DNA of 64,000 nt from an uncultured Chloroflexia bacterium (GTDB taxonomy: Bacteria; Chloroflexota; Dehalococcoidia; GIF9; AB-539-J10): assembly GCA_963726175.1 (NCBI GenBank), contig CAVSBM010000008.1:90153-154152 (forward strand), in the 5' to 3' direction. This document shows, piece by piece, positions 60,228-64,000 of this stretch; positions within the stretch are counted from its first letter, which is position 1, and the number at the start of each line of letters is the position of its first letter. A program made the translations under genes and the position numbers. The notes beneath the pieces were generated by a model. That model saw only the letters and a program-made list of their open reading frames with translations. It had not been told where the DNA came from and ran no database searches.

Positions 60228-60271
60228 CCTCCCCTCTCCGTTGATGAGAGAGGATCAAGGTGAGGGTGAAA
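60228..60271 (-). repeat. Solo copy of the family-2 repeat (inverted orientation)
   Basis: The reverse complement reads TTTCACCCTCACCTTGATCCTCTCTCATCAACGGAGAGGGGAGGG. Confidence 0.75.
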
Positions 60272-60325
60272 TAGGACAAAACTTCCTTGCTCTTCTAGAA
60301 CAAACGTGCTAATTTATTCATCATC

Positions 60326-60604
60326 ATGGAAACTGAACTGCTCTGGGACCTACTGCCCGAGGAATTTCCTTACGAGGATAAGGGTTGTGAGCTCTTTCCT
60401 TCCTGTCTTAAGTGTCCCTTCCCCGATTGCCTTAAGGAAGAGCCCTGGGGGAAGGAGAGGTTCTTAAAGCGCAGGCGAGCCCAGAGGATGCTGGAATTGA
60501 AGCAAGAAGGCAAGAGCGTTAGGGAGATTGCCCGCATATTTGAAGTGAGCCCGAGAACGGTTCAGAGGTGGCTGAAGGTGATGGAGGCGGCTTCGCAAAA
60601 TTAG
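60326..60604 (+). CDS. Small Cys-motif + HTH DNA-binding protein (phage regulator or small-terminase candidate)
   Basis: CELFPSCLKCPFPDC, then EGKSVREIARIFEVSPRTVQRWLK. No SD is visible. Confidence 0.5.
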   Translation: METELLWDLLPEEFPYEDKGCELFPSCLKCPFPDCLKEEPWGKERFLKRRRAQRMLELKQEGKSVREIARIFEVSPRTVQRWLKVMEAASQN

Positions 60605-60705
60605 AAGTCAAATATAAAACTGCAAAATGACAGAGCAAAAGTCAAAAGGTTTTCCATTTTGAGTTGTCATTTTAATCTTTGCCCTTTGATTTTTGAATTT
60701 CGACG

Positions 60706-62083
60706 ATGACTGAATTCACCCCATCTTCCTTGAACCGCATGGACACCGCCCGCCTGGCAACCTACCGCACCAACCTGGATTTCTACAACGGCAGCCAGTG
60801 GGAACAAACATCCAGGCACCGGCAGCTCGTTTTCAACTATGCCAAGGTCTCAATAGATAAGCTCACCAGCTTCTTAATGCAGGGCCTCGACTACGCCTGC
60901 TACCCACTGAAAGCTGACAGCTCTCAGCTGACAGCCGTCACAAGGGCCGAGCAGCTACTCCACCAGGTCAACGACGAGAACAACCTGGCAGCAGCTCGAC
61001 TATGAGACCGAGATCGACACGGCCGTCCTGGGAGACGGATGCTATAAGGTCACCTGGGACACCCAGGAGAAACGGATACGCATCACGTCCCCCGACGTGT
61101 CCGGGATCTTCGCCTGGTGGCTGGGAGACGACAGCTCCAGGGTCTGGAGAGTCGCCTCCAGGTATACACTCACCGAGGACGAAATAGCCATCCTGTACGG
61201 ACAGAACATCGGAAAGAAACAGGCCACCATCACCGAGCTATGGACGGCTAAGGACTTCCAGCTCTATCTGGACGACGAACCCGCCGAGTCCAAGCCCAAC
61301 CCCTACGGCTTTATTCCTTTCATCATATTCCCGAACGTCAAGAAGCCCAAGCAGTTCTGGGGAGAGTCGGACATCCCGGTCCTCATTCAGCCACAGAGAG
61401 AGCTCAACAGGGCCTTGAGCCAGCTATCCCGGATCCTGGAATTATCAGGCAACCCCATCGCCGTCCTGGAGAACGTGGCCTCGGCAGAGGATATCAAGGT
61501 CCAGCCGGGCGCCCTGTGGACGATCCCCGAGGACGCCAAAGCCTACCTGCTGGACCTGCTGCAGGGGGGAGGAGTGAGACTTCACGTTGACTATATCGAC
61601 CTGCTATACCGCACCATGCACGACATCTCAGAGATGCCCAGGGCAGCCTACGGCGGCATCGAAAGAGACCTCTCAGGCTCAGCCATGAGAGTAGAGCTGA
61701 GCTCGCTTATCCAGAAGGTGATCAGGAAGCGCACCATCCGGGACAACGTCTACCACCACAGGACAGACATGATCCTCCGGCTGGCCGAGCTCTACATGAA
61801 CGAGAACTTCGAAGGCATCACGCACAGAGTCCTATGGGGCAATATCATCCCAACCGACGTAGACCGCCAGGCCCAGACCGAGCAGCTCCTGGTCCAGGCG
61901 GGAGTACACAGCCGGCGGACCTCCATGGACGAGATGGGAGTCCAGGACCCCGACCAGGAGTTCGCCAGATGGCTGGAGGAGAGGAAGAAGATCCTGGAAA
62001 TGAACAGGGAGTTCAGGGCACAGTCCACGAGAGGCGGAGCGAGAGAGAGAGCGATAGCCTCAGAAATGGAAGTGCCTGAGTAA
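60706..62083 (+). pseudogene. Phage portal protein, one frameshift
   Basis: RLATYRTNLDFYNGSQWE...; ORFs 60706-61005 and 61097-62083 join as ENNL-QQLDYETEIDTAVLGDGCYKVTW if one G near 60986 is removed. Also contains NPYGFIPFIIFPN and LSGNPIAVLENV. Confidence 0.7.
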
Positions 62084-62124
62084 TAACTCACAACAGCGAG
62101 TAGCTTATAGCAAGCAAGAAGGAA

Positions 62125-62647
62125 ATGCCAGAAGAACCAGAGCAGCCACAGGGCACAAGCTGCGGCAGCCCCCGTGACCAACTCGGCAGCAACGGCCGAG
62201 GAGCATCACCGCCATCAAGGCCGAGCTGGAGGAGGAGCACAAGGCTAAGGCAGCCAGCTCAGGCAGCCCTCACGGACAGAGACAAGAGGATCACCGAGCT
62301 CCAGGCCTCAGTCTCAGTGGTCCAGCAGGCAGCGCGAGACGGCCGTCACCGAGCTCACCCAGGCCAAGGACGCCTACACCAAGGCAGTGTCGAAGTACCT
62401 CGAAATGACCAAGGCCGCCAATCCTACCATCCCACCCGACGTCATCACCGGCGCCACCATCGAGGAGATCGACGCCACCGTGGCCAAGGCCCTGTCCATA
62501 GCCACAGCCGTCAAGGCCAGCCTGGAGGCCCAGGCCAAGCAGGCCAAGGTCCCGGCGGGCGCACCACCCAGGGGCGAGATATCCCTGGAGGGCTTGTCCC
62601 CCAGGGAGAAGATCGCCGCTGGAATCAAGCAAAAAGGAGGAACATAG
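62125..62647 (+). pseudogene. Scaffold-like coiled-coil protein, readable only by hopping frames at least three times
   Basis: The plausible segments are MPEEPEQPQ (frame 1), ITAIKAELEEEHKAKAAS (frame 0), QAALTDRDKRITELQAS (frame 1) and ETAVTELTQAKDAYTKAVSKYLEMTK...EAQAKQAKVP...KQKGGT* (frame 2). Confidence 0.45.
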
Positions 62648-62652
62648 CTAAC

Positions 62653-63736
62653 ATGATCCATCACTACTAGCCGAAGCCAGCCAAGCTCTCGACCGATATC
62701 CTCTTGAAGGGAATCATCGAGACCATCGTCAAGGAGAGCCCGATCTTGGAGAGGCTCCCCTTCATTCAGATTGTCGGTAACAGTCTGAAATACAACAGGG
62801 AGAAAACACTCCCTACAGCCGCCTGGTACGCACCGGTCACCGGCACCTGGGTCGACCAGCCCGCCCGCGTTCGACCAGTGCACAGCCTCCCTCTCCATCC
62901 TGGGAGTCGACGCCGACGTCGACAACTTCCTTAAGGCGACCAGAAGCAATGTCCAAGATCTCGAAGCGGCCTGCATAGAGCTGGCCGCCAAAGCCGTCAG
63001 GAACGAGTTCGAGAACGTGTTCCTTAACGGCAGCGGCACGAGCGAGCAGCCCACCGGCCTCTACCTCAGCATCAAAGCCACAGCCTGGACGGCCGACACC
63101 GCCGAGGCCGTGGGAAACATCGTCGTGCCCACCGCCGGCCTTGAGAACGGCTGCCGCTACGAATGTACCGCAGTAGCCGGCGACACCAAGACCCACGCCA
63201 CCACCGAGCCCACCTGGCCGCTCACCGACGGCGCCACCGTCGTCGACGATCAGGTCACCTGGACCTGCCGCTCCGGCAACCAGCTCGGCTCAGGAGCCAA
63301 CGGAGCCACCCTGGCACTGACCAGCATCGATAAGCTCATCGACCTGGTCAGAGGGGGCAAGCCCGATATCCTGCTGATGAGCCGAAGAAGCCGCAGAAAG
63401 ATCCTCGGCCTCTGCCGCGCGGCCGGCCAGAACCTCTTGATCGGAGAAGGCAGGGCCGGCGAGGTAGTGGAGTACTACAACGGCATACCGGTGGCCATCT
63501 CAGACTGGGTCAAGGACAACTACACCGTAGGGTCCTCAACCGACTGCTCCGCCATCTTCGCCTTCAATATGGGAGAGGGCGCCGTGGTCGGCCTGACCAG
63601 CCCCGAGATGCTAACCATCGAGAGGCTGGGCTCCTTGGAGACCAAGGACGCCACACGTACCCGGATCAAGTGGTACGTCAGCCTGGCGGACTTCTCGATA
63701 GTCAAGGCCGCCATGCTCACGGGGGTGAGAGACTGA
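62653..63736 (+). pseudogene. Phage major capsid protein candidate (in-frame TAG plus one frameshift)
   Basis: MIHHY-TAG-PKPAKLSTDILLKGIIETIVKESPILERLPFIQIVGNSLKYNREKTLPTAAWY, then after a shift near 62865 FDQCTASLSILGVDADVDNFL...up to LTGVRD*. The call rests on position after portal/scaffold and on size. Confidence 0.55.
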
Positions 63737-63812
63737 TGACGAAGTGCCCGCTTGCCAGGACTCACCACCCTGGCAGGAACTCTTTTCTCCTCTCCTTTCA
63801 CGTCTTTGAGGC

Positions 63813-63839
63813 GGGAGGGGGCACCGCCGGCCCCCTCCC
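63813..63839 (+). terminator. GC-rich hairpin after the capsid gene
   Basis: Perfect 10-bp stem GGGAGGGGGC-ACCGCCG-GCCCCCTCCC, with no clear T-tract after it. Confidence 0.4.
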
Positions 63840-63955
63840 TATCCTCCAAAGCACAAAAGTCAGTAAACCTACCTCATGATAAGCCCCTTAATACATGCGG
63901 GGGGGAGGATCGACGGAGCGCTCCCCCTCCGCAGAGGGGCAAGGGAGGCAAGACA

Positions 63956-64000
63956 TGACACTAACTGAAATGGTAGCCAGGGCCCGGGAGGACCTGAAGG
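63956..64000 (+). CDS. Start of the next phage structural gene (truncated by the window end)
   Basis: ATG at 63956 after GGGAGG, reading MTLTEMVARAREDLK... Confidence 0.35.

Noticed and set aside
62374-63196. 226-aa and 119-aa minus-strand ORFs, and long alternative plus-strand frames, in the scaffold/capsid region.
   Set aside because: High GC keeps all frames open. The sequences are Arg/Gly/Pro-rich low complexity, and the sense frames carry recognisable phage motifs.
49855-63736. Genetic-code reassignment (TAG read as sense) in the phage block, suggested by the in-frame TAG at 62668.
   Set aside because: There is a single occurrence. TerL (TAG at 51265-51267) and the scaffold ORF end at TAG, and the region is rich in simple indels.
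49100-64000. Diversity-generating retroelement or other hypervariation system acting on the surface-protein paralogs.
   Set aside because: There is no reverse transcriptase gene and no template/variable repeat pair with adenine-specific differences. The similarity between the paralogs looks like ordinary paralogy or gene conversion.

Overview
This 64-kb window is roughly 50% GC and uses strong AGGAGG-type Shine-Dalgarno sites. The gene content points to an uncultured anaerobe, possibly Chloroflexota/Dehalococcoidia-like, but that is inference only. Supporting genes include transhydroxylase-like Mo enzymes, H+-PPase, DUF35/thiolase, AmmeMemoRadiSam and a glycine-rich RRM protein.

Positions 1-47.6 kb look like chromosomal backbone:
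- two convergent transhydroxylase-like molybdoenzyme modules;
- RidA and a nitroreductase;
- a Liv-type ABC importer;
- a PadR module;
- a panE gene destroyed by a decayed IS;
- SemiSWEET, RRM, Zn-ribbon and DUF3096 genes;
- a TetR-linked acyl-CoA cluster (acyl-CoA dehydrogenase, CoA-transferase A/B, acetoacetyl-CoA synthetase, DUF35 plus thiolase);
- hppA, nfi and prfB (with the classic CTT TGA C +1 site);
- an MA-family peptidase, radC, DUF362, DUF1893 and an orphan family-5 SBP;
- AmmeMemoRadiSam genes split by a DUF559 mini-cassette;
- rarA, DUF47 and PiT.

Positions 47.6-64 kb are an accessory patchwork:
- an intact IS481-family element;
- TerS-like and TerL genes;
- a ~9-kb island of three membrane-anchored surface-protein genes on the opposite strand;
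- a GC-rich portal/scaffold/capsid block.

These parts are separated by at least five families of short structured repeats.

One issue runs through the whole window. I could reconstruct about 20 single-base frame disruptions by hand, several of them at short homopolymers. Many 'pseudogenes' may therefore be assembly indels rather than biology.

No rRNA, intact tRNA or CRISPR array was seen.
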